This document shows, piece by piece, positions 50,162 to 64,000 of a stretch of 64,000 nucleotides of DNA. The number at the start of each line of letters is the position of its first letter. Position 1 is the first letter of the stretch. The stretch lies in NCBI RefSeq assembly GCF_009914755.1, contig NC_060928.1, one strand, 5' to 3'. Position numbers and translations under genes: made by a program. The notes under the pieces are model-generated. The model made no database searches. It had not been told where the DNA came from and saw nothing but the letters and a program-made list of their open reading frames with translations. Origin of the DNA: the human T2T-CHM13v2.0 reference genome, Homo sapiens.

Positions 50162-52644
50162 GTGGGGGATTCGATTTCACAAAAGATCGACCTGTAGCCT
50201 GTGGGAATCACTGATTCAAGTACAGAATAGTAAAGAAGGAAGTTGACAGGATTATATGGACCCATTTTATGTACACAAATATGATTACAAAGGAAGTCAC
50301 CTTATCACTTACACCCAAATATTGCTAGCCACATAAACCCACTCCCACCCTAAGAATATCAAATGTTCTTCCAAGGATCCTTCCTCCCTCTGGTGTCAGG
50401 AGGTGTCCTTTGAGGAAATTATGCCATGTAAGCACCTGAACCAATCCAGGCAGCCACTGGACCAGGCTGGCTCCAGGTGGCCTGTGCACCCCTACTACCC
50501 CTACAGCAAACTCCCCATGACCGCTCTGCCCAGGCCACCAGTGCTCCCCTTGCATTGAAAAAGCTCTTTCCTCTGATTCTGCTCTCTGAAAGGGCACTGT
50601 AGCAGGGTGGCTTGGATCATGATATGTTAAGCTATTTTTCCTGGCACAGGGCACTTGGCTCAGGGGACAGAGGGAAAGAGGAGGGAGTTCAAACACCAGC
50701 CACTATCTGTTTCTGCAATCTATAATCCCAGATCCTCAGACTCTCTTTCTGGGTCTAGCCCAGCAGCCGTTCCTTGCAATTGGTCTTCTGTCACGGATAT
50801 CTCTCCTCCCCTATGTTGATAGAATTTCATTCTTAAACCTAGTTGAAGTTGAGTTCTCAGAAAGTACCTTAATCTCTATGTATCTGTCTGGCTACAAATA
50901 GATTCCAGAGGTTGTCACACAATGGACATAGCCAAATCTTAGCTCTGACATGGCAAGGGGGGCCTCCATTATAAATGCATTATATACCCCTGGGAAATTT
51001 TTTTAATACCATCTGAGAACATTGCCTCTGTTACTTCTACTTACTGACCCTTGAGATAGTTCTCATTTACCAGAGAGGGACTGCCTGGAGAATGTCGAGT
51101 GTGTTATTATTCCTTCTAGGGATCAGTAGTCATATATAAAAGGGTAACTGGAAATATTTTGAACTCTTAGAAAAAGGTTTTAACATGGTTCTAATAACAA
51201 AGTTGGCATTAAACATAGAACAAAGAATGAAATGGAATTTCTGGCCCAACAATCCATCAGATTTTTTTTTTAATGCTCACTATTCCTTTTCTCTATACTC
51301 TATAAGCCCTCTCTTCCCCCTGGCTACAATACAATTATGCTAATTGCAAGTAAACAGCACAATTTAGATAATTGTTAAGAATTTTAAAAATTAAAACCAT
51401 GGGATGCTGAAGGACTAGTTTAGTAGACAAATTATTATTGCTGTTATGAATAACTATGTCACAGACACTGAACTAAGTGCATTACATACACTACCTTACC
51501 ACCTTATAAGGTAGGATCTATTAAAACATCAACTTTACAGAGAGGAAATTAAATCCCAGACACGTCTATGCCTAACCCAGGTTCACAAACGCTAAGTATG
51601 AGGACTTGCAGAGAAAAAGTAAGAGATATATGAATCTGTCACATGCCTGAGTGGTTACAGCCATTGTGGGGACCTACATATAAAAGGAGAATGAAACACT
51701 CAAGCAGTCACTCTTCCCCATCTGTCTATGAGCTTGAGGCTGGGCTAATCTTACCCTACTTTGTATCCTCCACAGCACTCCCCCAAGGCAGGATGCACTG
51801 TGTAAGGTAAAATATACTGGACATGGTGAGAAACTAAAAATAAATCAAGGACTTTCTCTAGAAGAATTAGACTCTGCCCAAGGCAAAATGTAAACTCCAA
51901 TGACCATTAGGAACCCATTCAAGCCTGCAGCCTTCCTCTGAGGTCTCAATCATGATCAGATTAATTCCCACCATATCCCTTCACAATCATATTCTAAACA
52001 GAATAACATAATTCTGGGAAAGAAATCTCCACAAAATAAAACCATAGGATCTTAAGGCTGCCTGAAATTCAGGCTGTCACCAAAGTTCCTAAGCACTCCA
52101 AGACTCCTTTCAAAGAAATATTAGAGTCCTATTTGGTGATCTAAGCATTGGATTCATAAACCTTGAGCTCTAGTTGAAGATTCTGACTGCTTCATCTTTC
52201 CTTTTCTACCTTTCAAATAGAAGCATTTCTATTCTTCACCATTTATACCACCCCTAACCGTGCATTCCCCAGCAGGCTCCTGCATGCCCAGGATGCCAAG
52301 TATACACCTTATCTTTCTGCTCTCATCATTACAGTATCAGTAACGACAATTCACATTTGTATAATGCGTGAAATTTTATAAAGGACTTTCACATTTATTA
52401 CCACACTAGAGCCTCACATCATTTCTGTGAGTGAAGCAAATCGAATATTGATACTTTCATTTTCGAGCTATGAAAATTGACACTAGAGAGATAAGGAGAT
52501 TTCCTCCAACAGCTTACAACCAGTGAGGAGATGGTCTAGACTCAGAATCCAGGTCTTAGGACTCCCTATGCAGGTTCTTTGCAATTGGTAACACTGTCAC
52601 TCTTTAGTTTTCTGCCCTTTGTGCCTCCCTGTAGGTACACTCAC

Positions 52645-52746
52645 TTGACTTCCAGTCAAGTTCAAATAATCTCCATGAAAGTAAATTCCCATATTTCCAG
52701 GCACCCAACAGGGCTTCCAGAGAAGTACGGCATCATTACTTTCCCA
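52645..52746 (-). other. Candidate 102-nt internal exon
   Basis: Acceptor ggtttccttattatatttccag, donor CAA|GTGAGT, open in phase 0 (WESNDAVLLWKPCWVPGNMGIYFHGDYLNLTGSQ); no homology recognised. Confidence 0.25.
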
Positions 52747-53384
52747 CTGGAAATATAATAAGGAAACCCACTGGGTAAGTGTTCTTTGGAGTAAATTACT
52801 TTTGGAGCAATCTAACCTGACTTCCAGCCAGAATGCTCCACCAACGGCATGGAAAATAAAGTCTGATTAATAAAATCTTGACTTATGGCATGGATTTGCT
52901 TCACTTGACCTATATTGAGGATACATGTTTGCAACACAATTGAAAAATAAAAAATATCCTGTATTTAATTATATTGCAATCTATGGTTGAATTTCATTTA
53001 AGTGGCATTCATAATTGGCACATTTTTCAAGTACTGCTTCTGCCACAGTTGTATATAAAAGTATATTATCATCATTTGCACAACTGCTGCCTAAGTTAGC
53101 ATTAACACACATCCCATAGATCAGAGATGGGATCACTAAAGGACAGTGGCTGTCACATTTTCATGAAATATAATTAAATATATCCAAAAATAAACTGGTT
53201 CCCAGATTCTGCTAAAGCAGCACATGGAATGTTTTCAAAATTAATAAGCATTCATTTAGCACCTACGTTTTGCTCAGCAGTGCAGAACATTCAGAAAAGT
53301 ATAAGGTATGTTCTAAGATAGTCAAAGAAGAGGGATAACTCAGAGTTTGGGGTCAAGGGGAAATTTTATAATAATTATTATTAT

Positions 53385-53620
53385 ACATATTATTTGTCCA
53401 TTACCATATTCCAGACACTATGCTAAGTATTTTATTTGAACTACCTTATTTAATTATTATGACAACCCAGTGAAGTAGCTATTATTATTATTATTGTACA
53501 GAAAGCAAAACTGAGGCACCAAGAAGTAACTTACTTTATTAAGGCCACATAGCTAAGAAGTGGAGGAGCCAGGATTGGAAGCCAAGTATGTGTTCCTCAG
53601 CCTGCGTGTTCTGAGCTTCT
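53385..53620 (-). mobile_element. MIR SINE
   Basis: ccagacactatgctaag...aaactgaggcac...aaggccacatagctaagaagtggaggagccaggatt. Confidence 0.7.
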
Positions 53621-55750
53621 TTGCTATATTGGGGAATGCTTCATGGAGGGCTGGCTCTTTGATATGGCCCTAGAGATTAGGTAGGGTTCAGTTAGGAAGA
53701 GCGGAAAGAATGGACATAGGTCATTGTTAGAGGATTGACAAATAGCATAAACAAAGGCAAGAATTTGTTTTTCAACATGTGAGGATCCTTGAAGAAAATC
53801 AATGGCAAGGAATAAAGTTGGCTAGGTAGGGTGAGACATTTACTAGAACACATTAGAAATAATCTAGGCAGAATTTAGGGACTTGACCCTTTGGAAATAG
53901 AAAGTCATGTAGACTCTTGTATAGGAAAGTGATAATTGAAAAGGCATTGTGGTATAGCAGCAGTTTATTCAGGAAGAGTGGAGAGAAGTGAGACTTGAGG
54001 AAAGAAAAACAATTAGTCACTTATTGTGAAATCCTCTCTGGGCCCTACTGCTCCTAGGTCATAGCAGACATTTGATAAATGTTTGTCAGATCAGTGCATG
54101 AAGAGTGATATGGATAAAAAGAAAGGTATAAATCCAAGAAAGAATCTGCAGGAGTCACTGACTGATTGTCCATAGAGGAAAAGGAAGAAAAAGCAAAGAT
54201 GCACCAAAGTGCTACTCAAGGTGAAAAGAAAATGGGCACTTTTGGCCAACAATGGAGTTAGAAAGGAGAAGTGGGCTTCAGGTGGATGCCAGGAGGAAAA
54301 TATGGCTCCCATTTTGGTTTGAAAATGTAGGGGCTTGAAAGGATCATAGGATACTCTTAATGTATTATAGACATTTGGAGAACGAAGCCTAGACTACATT
54401 TAAGAATCTCGAAGGGTAGAAAGCACAGCTCCTACTCGTCACAAATTCAGATAAATAAAAGTTGCCACTTTATTTATGGGCTACCTCAATAGGCAACTCT
54501 AGGTAGGTAGAACTTTCCTAATGTAAATGTCACTACTGGTCCTGCTGTATTTTATCAAAGACGTGCAAAGTAAAGAAATTCATAATATACAAGAACACCA
54601 TTATAAACTGAAAAGAACTAAGCAAAGGGAAATACATCAAAGAATTAAACTCCTATCCCTGCTCCCTATGACATGCTGCCAGCACTGGCCCTTTGACAGA
54701 TTTGAAACACCAGCCTTTCCTTATCAAAATACGAAAAGAAAAAAAAATCATATAACAGTTTCTCAGCAAGAAACCATTAGACAGATGTAATCATAATGGG
54801 ACCAAATATTCTTATAAATGAAATGCAAGCATTTAGGACCACATGTGGCGTTTAAAAGCAGCTAACACAAAAGGTAAGTAGAGTCGCCCCTGAATATACA
54901 CTGGCTCAGACATGGTAGAGCAATCCAATTGGCCCTCAAACAAACTGAATTGTGAATTTACAAGACAAACCCACTATCCATTAGCTTAAAATTCAAATGA
55001 CCCTCACAGAAAGCCCAGCTGTGGCAATAGGAGCTATTATTCTCAAAGTAAACTTCTCTCTTATGATCACCCACCAGCATCCAATCAGAGAAGCTACAGT
55101 CATACTTGTCCAAGTTATTTGCTTTCAAAACAGCCTGATCACATGGTTCATCTTCTAGATGCTTGAAGCCCATCGGAATAACCAAGTGGATGAGAGTGTA
55201 TAAGATTCACGTAAACAGACAAAGGAGCTCAGCTATTCAACTGTAATGGGCAAAATTAAGGTCTTTAACAGGCAAATTAGAAAGAAAAATACTGCTTGAA
55301 AATATAACCATTTTAAGGAGAGAAGGGATGGAGTTAACTGAAATATAAAAATGGCAAGATTTATAAAACGTAGCCCTGGAAATCAATCCAACCAGTGGAG
55401 CACGTTTGTCATTAGTGGGTGCTAAGAGAGAAATCATTGAAATTCAGGCACAATGTTTAAATAAAAAACTATGCAATAAAATATGTTTGGGTAATATGCC
55501 AAATCTTTTACCCAAATGCCTCCTAATTTAGAGGCAGGATATTTATCAAATGTTGTTTGGCAAGTTAGTAGTTTGAAACTCTGAATACATTTTCTCCCCC
55601 AAAAAATAATGTTATTACATGGTAACTGGTTTCCCAAGATAGACCACAAGAATCTCCCAAAGTATAGTGTAATAATGTATAAATATGATACTGAGATAAT
55701 GGGGTAATACAAACTGTTTTGTAAAAACAGAATCTTATTATCCTATATAG

Positions 55751-56000
55751 CAGTGCTTTTCAAATTGTGGGTCGTAACCCATGAAATCAATTTAGTGGGT
55801 CTTTACCAGTTTATTTTTTAATAGAATGAAAAGGAAAGAATAAAACTGCAAAGATCAGAGGATATCCCATGTCATAAGGAAAAGTATTATTCTGAAAACT
55901 TAATTTCACTGTTATAGGTGTAAATAGGTGCAATCCAGGATTGCAATGTAAAATATATTTCTTACCACGAGTCACAGTCAAAACAGTTTGAATGTCTCTT
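55751..56000. mobile_element. hAT-Charlie-type DNA transposon fragment
   Basis: cagtgcttttcaaattgtgggtcgtaacccatgaaatcaatttagtgggtc terminus. Confidence 0.5.
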
Positions 56001-56363
56001 AACAAGGCTTCCATAGGGTGCCTAGCACCAAGACAGTATTTAAGATTTGTTGAATAAATGAATGCCTGAATGAATTGGTGACCACATTAAGCATGAATAC
56101 ATAGAATGCTAGTTATACACTTCTCAGTCACAGCCCTGACACTGCAATAGGAAGCTTGCTCACTCCCGCATTTCCATACCAGTGAGGCAGTGGGGACAGA
56201 CAGTTGACCCAGCTGCAACTCCCTATTGGTGGCTCTCTTGGCTTAGGGACAAGATCTTGGGTAGAGTAGCAGCTATAGAGAAGGATGGGAACAAGGATTA
56301 CACAGGTAAGTGGGATTGGACTCTAGGAGCAGGGTTCTGGAGGAAAGAGGGAGAAGGTAAGAC

Positions 56364-56436
56364 GAGGTCACCAGATTTAGCAAATAAAAATACAAGGTAC
56401 CCAGTTAAATCTGGATTTCAGATAAACAATAAATAA
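56364..56436 (+). mobile_element. MER53-like fragment
   Basis: ccagatttagcaaataaaaatacaaggtacccagttaaatctggatttcagataaacaa. Confidence 0.7.
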
Positions 56437-57090
56437 TGTAAAGGCAAAGAAAATCATGAATGTTGAGGGTTAGAAAAATCAATGTGATCCATCAGACATT
56501 TATTTGATGCAAAACTGTGTTCAAAATACATGCCAAGTACTAGAGAATTAAGAAATACATGGTTCCTGACACTGAAGAGGACATAGACACATGCAACAGT
56601 CTCAAAAATTAACATGTATTGACCACTATTCTAAGTGGTTTACAGGCATTAACTCGTTTAACACTCACCACCCTGAATTAAGCACTACTGTTATCCCTAT
56701 TGAAGACATAACTGGAGCATAGAGAAGTTCAAAGAGGAAGTTGTCCAAGGTCTCAGAAAAAACACACACACACATAATATTCAGTGGGCCTCTGGTAGAG
56801 CCTGGATATTGTTCAAGATGGGTGGATCTGGAAGTGAGATTTGAGCTGAACCTCGAAGGAAGATACAACTTCAATAGGTGACTATTAGAGGAAGAATATT
56901 CTGGGCAGAGGAACAGCTTGGAGGTAAGAGAACATAATCAAGAAATGGGAGTAAAGTTGCTGGAATATTAGAAATATAGTAGTAGGAAGGAAAGATTAGG
57001 CAAGTTAACCAGGCAGTGACCATACTGTGGAGGAAGTTTGCCCTGTTGAATCTGCATATATGGTGAACCACTAATGGAACTGGGGTAAAT

Positions 57091-57235
57091 AGCTGGTGTG
57101 GTGGTGCACGCCTGTAGTCCCAGCTACTCTAAAGACTGAGGCTTGAGGAACCCTCGAGTCCAGGGGATTGAGTCCAGCCTGAACAACATAGCTGGATCCC
57201 ATCTCTAAAACATAAATAAATAAAACTAAAAAAAA
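57091..57235 (+). mobile_element. FLAM Alu monomer
   Basis: gtggtggtgcacgcctgtagtcccagctact...ccagcctgaacaacatag...A-rich tail. Confidence 0.8.
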
Positions 57236-57240
57236 CTGGG

Positions 57241-57603
<363 letters not shown>

Positions 57604-57699
57604 TAGAAAGATGATTTTGGTAATAGTACAAAAGATAGAGGGGATGAGATGAAAAATCAGAGGCTACAAAACTAGGTAAGTCAATACAGATGGCTGGCA

Positions 57700-57900
57700 A
57701 AGCACTGTGGCACCAGAATCCAGGATTTACCTTACAATTCAGACACTTAGTAGGTGAGTGACCTTGGACAATTCATGTAATCACTCTGAGCCTTGGCTTC
57801 TTCATTTCCAAAGCAGGGATGACAATACCGCTTACCTCATAGCATTATTGGGGTGATAAAACAAGCTGATACACAGAAATGCTCAATAAGTAGAAGCTAT
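57700..57900 (+). mobile_element. MIR SINE
   Basis: gtgaccttggacaattcatgtaatcactctgagccttggcttcttcat...cttacctcatag. Confidence 0.65.
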
Positions 57901-60900
57901 CTGTAAATGGTCATGGCAATTGCACTTGAATCTGCTCAGGCTTGGGTAATTAATTTCTTTATAGCAGTGTGAAAACTGACTAATACACATCCCAATGGTA
58001 ACATAGTGAGGGCAGTGAGAGAATGGGGGATTATCTTTCCTTCTTCCAAAAAGAATATATCTAAGAACGAAGCTAAAAAACAAAAGGTAGAAAAAAACGT
58101 GAAACAAAAAGCAAAACAAAACAAACTCCAGAATACCAAGTAACTATATGGAGAAGGTAAGTGAACTTTGAGATAAAACAGACTTGTGTTTGCATCCTCT
58201 CTCTAGCATACATTACTAGAATGATCTTAAGCAAACTACTTAAGCTCTCTAAACCCTAATCTTCTCATCTGTAACACATGGTTGTTAACACCTATATCAT
58301 AAGACTATGTGAAGGATAGCTGCGATCATGTATAGTATGACTTCAGAACAATGCCTGGCCCAGAGTAGGCAATAACTGATAATTATTATGTATTGTCACA
58401 GTTAGGCAGCGGTACAAGTGGAGATAGAAAACCAGGCGAAAACACATACAGTATACATGAGGTTTGTCAATTCTGGAGACCACATCCATGAATGGTGGCA
58501 TAGAATTGAACATCCCTTTTCTACGTGTTCAGCCCAATGAATTTGTCTTCTTCAAGGTGTACCACCAGGTAAGATGATGAAGAATGACAGGGATTTAAAA
58601 ATGCAGATTTGTGGATTGGGGGAAGAGAGGCACAAAAGATGAAAAAGCAACAGCCTCTGACTATATTATTTTCCCACCACTTCTTGTCCCGGAACTCAAA
58701 CCCCATCACTGACTGCCATGCCAAAAGCTACTAAGGCACCATGAAAAGAAAGACTGGGGCTGGAGGTGGGGGGCAGGTTCATAATATTTAAGAGCTCCAT
58801 GAGGGAGGAGTGGCTGCTAGGGCCAGCCATGTATCCATCCATTCAAGCACGCAGGGAACTGCCAGGTCTGAAACCACCTGCCTGCATGCTTCTGTCCTAT
58901 GTTTCTAGACATCAGAATACACAGCAAGCCCATTCTTTCTCTAGGTGCTCTGCCTTGGTGTGGCACAATCATTATTCCAAATATCCAGCCCACTGCTCAG
59001 GACACTGCCATGGCCCTGGGGTAAACTTAAGATCCTTTGCTTTTTTCTAGAAATTTAATTGTTCTCAACAACTTGGTGTGCAAACTTAAATACTTTACTA
59101 AGAAGAAACAAGGCAAGAGGGTAACAAAATGATCATTAAGACACTTTGTGTTTTCCAGTGTACACACTCTGTCCCTAGCCTATGAAAATGGTGCAGCAGG
59201 GCACACACTGGAGCTGTTTTTCAACAACAGTGACTTTTTTGGCCCTGTTTTCTCTATAACCTGTCACTCACTCCCTCTTGTCAGACAACTGCAAACACAC
59301 AAGAGGTCCCAGATTCAGTTCTCAGGGAGAATATCCTCTGTGTAAACCAAAGTGGCCAGAGTGGGAAGAAACTACTTTATTGTCCACATTCTAACCAAAA
59401 TGAAACAAAAGGCCATTCATTAGAAAAACATCCATCTCTTCTCCTGATCTCTCTGAAATTAAAGGTAACCAAAGTTAGAATTGGAGCATTTGGTGAAAAT
59501 AAAAAGCTGCCTAAATTTTTCTCAAGTGTCCTAGCACTTTCACTTTTGGAAATGAATATTTAGAAAGGTTTAAGAATATCTTTCTTACACATTTCTCCTT
59601 CCCTCCTTCCCAAACGACTGCCTCTTCATTTTTGAGCAAGAGTGTGTTGAAGGGGCTACTGCCTGAGAAGCAAGCATCCTCAAAGCACATTCCTAATTCA
59701 GTTCATCTTTGGGCACTGCTTTTCCCCAAAGGTAGGAAAGGGAAGATTACTCAGTTTGTCCAGGAACACCGATTAAGAATGATACATAGGTGGGACGTGT
59801 TAGGTCGAGTCAGCCAACACTGAATCAATCCTTTGTAGAAAGACAGAGTGGGCAGATGCTACAAGCAGCTCCTACCTCTAGATGGGTGGAAAATAACACA
59901 GAGCAAGACATGAGGCATGACCAAGGACTGAGGGAATTCCCCTTCCTGAGAACTCTTCAAACACAAAACAGCCACTAATTTTTTGTAATTGCCTAAATAT
60001 GTCTATGGCTAGTTTTTATAGGCTGCCTCCTCTCTGGAATGACTAGGAGCCAATCATTCTGAAAAATCAAGATGGGGCATCTATTGGCTGGAGGATAAAA
60101 GAGGTAGTATACACAACCAAAATCGCTTGGCACATTTGGTGATTTAAGAACAAAAATCCAAACACAAGTGAAGAGAAAGCCAAAGAGAAAAGCAACTTAA
60201 GGGAGCATCTCAGGTCTCCAGAGTGACCCCCAAATGCTACATAACACTTCACAGAGCAGCAAATGGGCAGTGATGTTGCATGCCAAAGGTGACAGCTAAT
60301 TTTCACTGCAGGTCTGGAAAACTTAACTTTTCCAGGCTCTTCATTATTTTGTAGGTTTCAGGCTACCAACTGCCTAGGCCTTTCAGCCTGGCTTCTCCCA
60401 CCCCACTCTTGTTTCCCCAGCTCCTCCTTATCACCTACTATTGGGATCTCCCTGCTTAAAGGCCATTTTGTCACACAGCAGAGGTTATGGGTTGGGTAAT
60501 TTGAGCTTCAAAATCTAAGGTATGTGACCATAAAATCTCAGAAGGTAAGAACGGCTACAGGTGCCAAAGGTGAGAACAGCCAGAGAACATATTAAGATTC
60601 TGGAACCAGAAGAGGTGCCTTGCTGAAGGACAAACTCCTGCGTTCACCAGAGAAGAGACCAAGTTGTGTTTCTCTGGCCAGTCAAGAAACTGCAGACAGG
60701 GAAGCCTGGGGCAGCTCCTGGAGTGGCTGGCCGGGAGAGTCATCAGGCTACAGTGACCATGACTGATAGTGGAGAGCAGTGCAACGCAGACTGCAGCACT
60801 GGTTAACCTGGCCAATGCCTCAGCACTCTAGGTCAGGACGGTGTGTTAGGCAATCTCTTGAGGGAGGGCGGGGTAGAAAGACAAAGGACACTCTCTGCTC

Positions 60901-61489
60901 TTACTGTAGAGATAAGGAGGGCGGGGAAGGGTTGTACAGTATGAAACTCTCCCGACTGAGTGGTCAATATAGGAAAGCCAGACAGCCAGCCAGCCGTCTC
61001 CTAAATGACTCCCGTGCGGAGATACCTCACAGCAGCAGCATTGCCACCGCAGGCAGCTGTGAGCAATTAGATGAACTTGCCTTAGGAGTTGCTATTTGTT
61101 CACCTGATTTGGCAAATCCCTTCTTAACCCTCCTCATCCCCAGTGTATCTCATTCACAGAAGACACAAGTTAACTTTAATGGAGTTTGCCCTGTGCTGGA
61201 GATTGGGGGAGGGGAGCAGTTGGAGGAGGTAAGAAGGTGGAAACCTTTTGACCGGAAGATTTTTCTGTTGTTTTCAGACTAAAAGAAAAAAATAAAGTAG
61301 GCAGCAAAGAGGACTGCAGGATACTGCTCATTTTTAGACATCTCTGGCATTTTAGGTAAAGAGCAACTGGCAGAACTCAGCCAGATTGACAGAAAACGTG
61401 TTCACCTGTCAACTGGGAAGGGGAAAAAACCCCAAAAAAGATTCACTGAGGTCCAGGAGTGAGAAACCCGTCTCCAGAGGTCCAGGTCT

Positions 61490-62420
61490 CCGCCTAGCCC
61501 TCCTCCCCTGCCCCGTCCCGCCCGATGGCCAGGTGGAAACCAGGCAGGTGAGCCAGCACACGTGTCAACTAGCGGAAGACCCCCAGGCCCGCCAGGGGTC
61601 CCTGAGGGGACACACCCTCCACCTACCTCAAACATGGGAGAGGCGCCCTTGCTCGGCAACGTGCAGCCCAGGAGCTCGGCGAGAAACTTTGCCATATACA
61701 AGCGGTGAGGCAGGGTCCCTCCCGATGCGCCGTTTCTGTCCTTTCCCCTTGCCAGAGCCCGAGCGCCAGGATCCTGCCCGCAGCCCGCCCGCCAGCCGGG
61801 GCCGTGGCTCGGGGCTGCCCCGCGGCTGCGGCGGAGGGGCTGGGCCGGGCGGGGAGAGCTCGGCGGCCGCCCGCCCCGCGGCGTCCAGCGGTGCGAGTGC
61901 GCGCAGCCCCGTCCGCAGCCCGAGCCTCCGCTCTGCGGGAGCCGGGGCGCCGTCGCCGCGCTAGCCTTTTCCTCTGAATGTCACTATTACCATAGTAAAG
62001 GGAAGGGCCCCGCCGAGGGGGTGGCGGGAGGGCCAACGGCGCCTCAGGATGGGCGCCAAGCGTGAGCAAGGGCAGCCGGCGGGCGCAGCGCCTTGGCGCA
62101 GACACCGGCCCGACCCACGCCTGGGCAGGGCCACTCTTGCAACACTGCCGGGCGGGAGCAGACGCCTTAAGCTCCGAGGGAGAGCGGGCGGCCGGGGCGG
62201 GGGAGGGTCTGTGGATGGAAGCCGCCGGGCTGACCCACTTCCCCAGTTTTCCCCTCGGCAGCACTCACGGAGGTGGAAAGGCGGGCGCCTCGCTCTGCTG
62301 ACTGACCCGGGAGAGTCGCTGCTGCCAGATGCCAGTGGCCCGCAGGAGCTCCTGCACTGGCCGGCGCCGCCCCACCCTTCCTTTGGGAAAGGGAGAAAGC
62401 TCCCTAAGCCTCGGAGGAGG
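61490..62420. promoter_or_regulatory. CpG-island promoter with GC boxes
   Basis: Sharp rise in GC and CpG density against a CpG-depleted background; GGGCGG boxes (e.g. ~61847, ~62195); NotI site gcggccgc at ~61863. Confidence 0.92.
61627..61695 (-). CDS. Candidate first coding exon (or spliced uORF) of an unidentified minus-strand gene: MAKFLAELLGCTLPSKGASPMFE
   Basis: ATG (with +4 G) at 61695-61693 just downstream of the GC-rich core; 23 open codons ending in phase 0 at donor GAG|GTAGGT; the main intronic L1s are antisense to it, as is typical. Confidence 0.55.
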
Positions 62421-62512
62421 AACTCCCCCTCCTGTTCTCACATTATCCCAAACCAGTGAAAGGGGCAGACCCAGGTAAGCCCCAAAAGAGGAAAGGTGAC
62501 TGTAGGCACTAG

Positions 62513-62830
<318 letters not shown>

Positions 62831-62889
62831 TAAAAAAGACTTTTAGGACCAGGCCTATATTGTATATTTATTCTGCACCCCCATAGTTG

Positions 62890-63070
62890 TACATCTCAAG
62901 CTTTAACGTGCATAAGAATGACCTGACCTATAGAGCTTGTTTAAAATGAGGGGTCCTGGGCCCCCAACCCATGTTTCTGAATCAGTGATTCTGATTCTGA
63001 TCCTGGACCATCTCAGGAGATTCCGATGTAGATGGTATCCAGGCTCTACTTTGGGAAACATGGCCCTACT
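62890..63070. mobile_element. MER5A-like hAT fragment
   Basis: gcataagaatgacctg...gagcttgtttaaaatg...tttctgaatcag...ctactttgggaaaca. Confidence 0.6.
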
Positions 63071-63766
63071 ATGTAAAAAAAATGCTGACATAAACTTTCA
63101 AGGACTGGGAAAACACTAGATTGGTGACAGACACGACCCTAGAGAAAGTTGTGTCAAATCACCTGATTTGATATGCAAGGAAACAGAACTGGAAAAGTTT
63201 TCATTACTTCAAGTCATACTGTATCAGTGACACCCAGGACATGGAGTAGACACCCTATAAATACTCGTTGGACGGGATGAATAGAAGATAGATGGTGATG
63301 AATAGCTGGGTCCCAATTTCCTTAATTGCCATTCCAGAGTTCTAGCTGGTGCAACTAATTCACTGTGAATTTAAGGGATAAAAGAGGAAGGAAAGATGTT
63401 AAACTAAATTCATTTGAATACATCATCTCAGTGCTTCTCAAACTTTTTCTATCTGGTTTTAACTTCTGCATTCTAACCTACAAAATATTCAGGTTCGTTA
63501 TAAAACAAAAAGACCTACCCCCATGACTAAAACTAATGCTCCAAGTATGTTATTTTTATTCTGTGTTTTCCAGAACCCTGCCACACCACCAGCTAACCCC
63601 CAGCAGTGAAATCAAGAAATGTGGCAGCAAGGTACCCCCGGGCTATACTAAAAAGGAAAGAGAACTAATATGTAACGAGTACCTATGAATGTCTCAGTCA
63701 CCATGTCACTAGGGTGAACATGGGCTCTGGGGGCAGACTACCTCCATTTAAATCCCGTTTCTGATA

Positions 63767-64000
63767 CTGCTATGAATTGAACATTTTCATCCCCTCCAAA
63801 TTTCATGTTGAAATGTAATCCCCAATGCAACAGTATTGGAGGTGTGGCCTTTGGGAAGTGATTGATTTATGGGGGCTCCACCCTCATGAATGAGATTGGT
63901 GTCCTTATAAAATGGCTTGATGAAGGGAGTTCTCCCCTCTTGTCCTGTCTTCTGCCATGTAAGGATGCAGCAGCATTTTTCCCCTCCAGAGGATATAGCA
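63767..64000 (+). mobile_element. MLT1A/MST-type MaLR LTR, runs off the window
   Basis: tgctatgaattgaac...ccctccaaatttcatgttgaaatgtaatccccaatgcaacagtattggaggtg. Confidence 0.8.

Noticed and set aside
61627-61695. Assigning a gene symbol to the host gene
   Set aside because: I do not recognise the peptide or promoter with confidence; a database search is needed.
61386-62459. Long Pro/Ala/Arg/Gly-rich ORFs (192, 213 and 136 aa) in the CpG island
   Set aside because: Stop codons are scarce in GC-rich DNA; the ORFs overlap on both strands and show no domain signal.

Overview
This is human nuclear genomic DNA: it is rich in Alu, L1 and MaLR repeats and carries an L1HS-Ta element with human-specific diagnostic bases. 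It reads best as the CpG-island promoter (~61.5-62.4 kb) and ~60 kb of first intron of an unidentified gene on the minus strand, whose candidate first exon encodes MAKFLAELLGCTLPSKGASPMFE and ends at a GAG|GTAGGT donor. The long ORFs in the track are LINE-1 remnants: a 5'-truncated L1HS Ta-1 (25.8-27.9 kb) and a near-full-length L1PA3-type copy with an in-frame ORF2 deletion (37.2-42.4 kb). An old processed NPM1 pseudogene (28.0-30.8 kb, minus) is split by two later insertions; one looks like an L1 3' transduction rearranged by twin-priming inversion. At the left end is a ~470-bp non-TE inverted duplication containing a triplicated 49-bp module. There are no CRISPR arrays, RNA genes or prokaryotic systems, and I cannot support a new multi-gene system; the notable signals are retrotransposition and duplication structures. 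Repeat subfamily names and consensus comparisons are from memory and were not computed.
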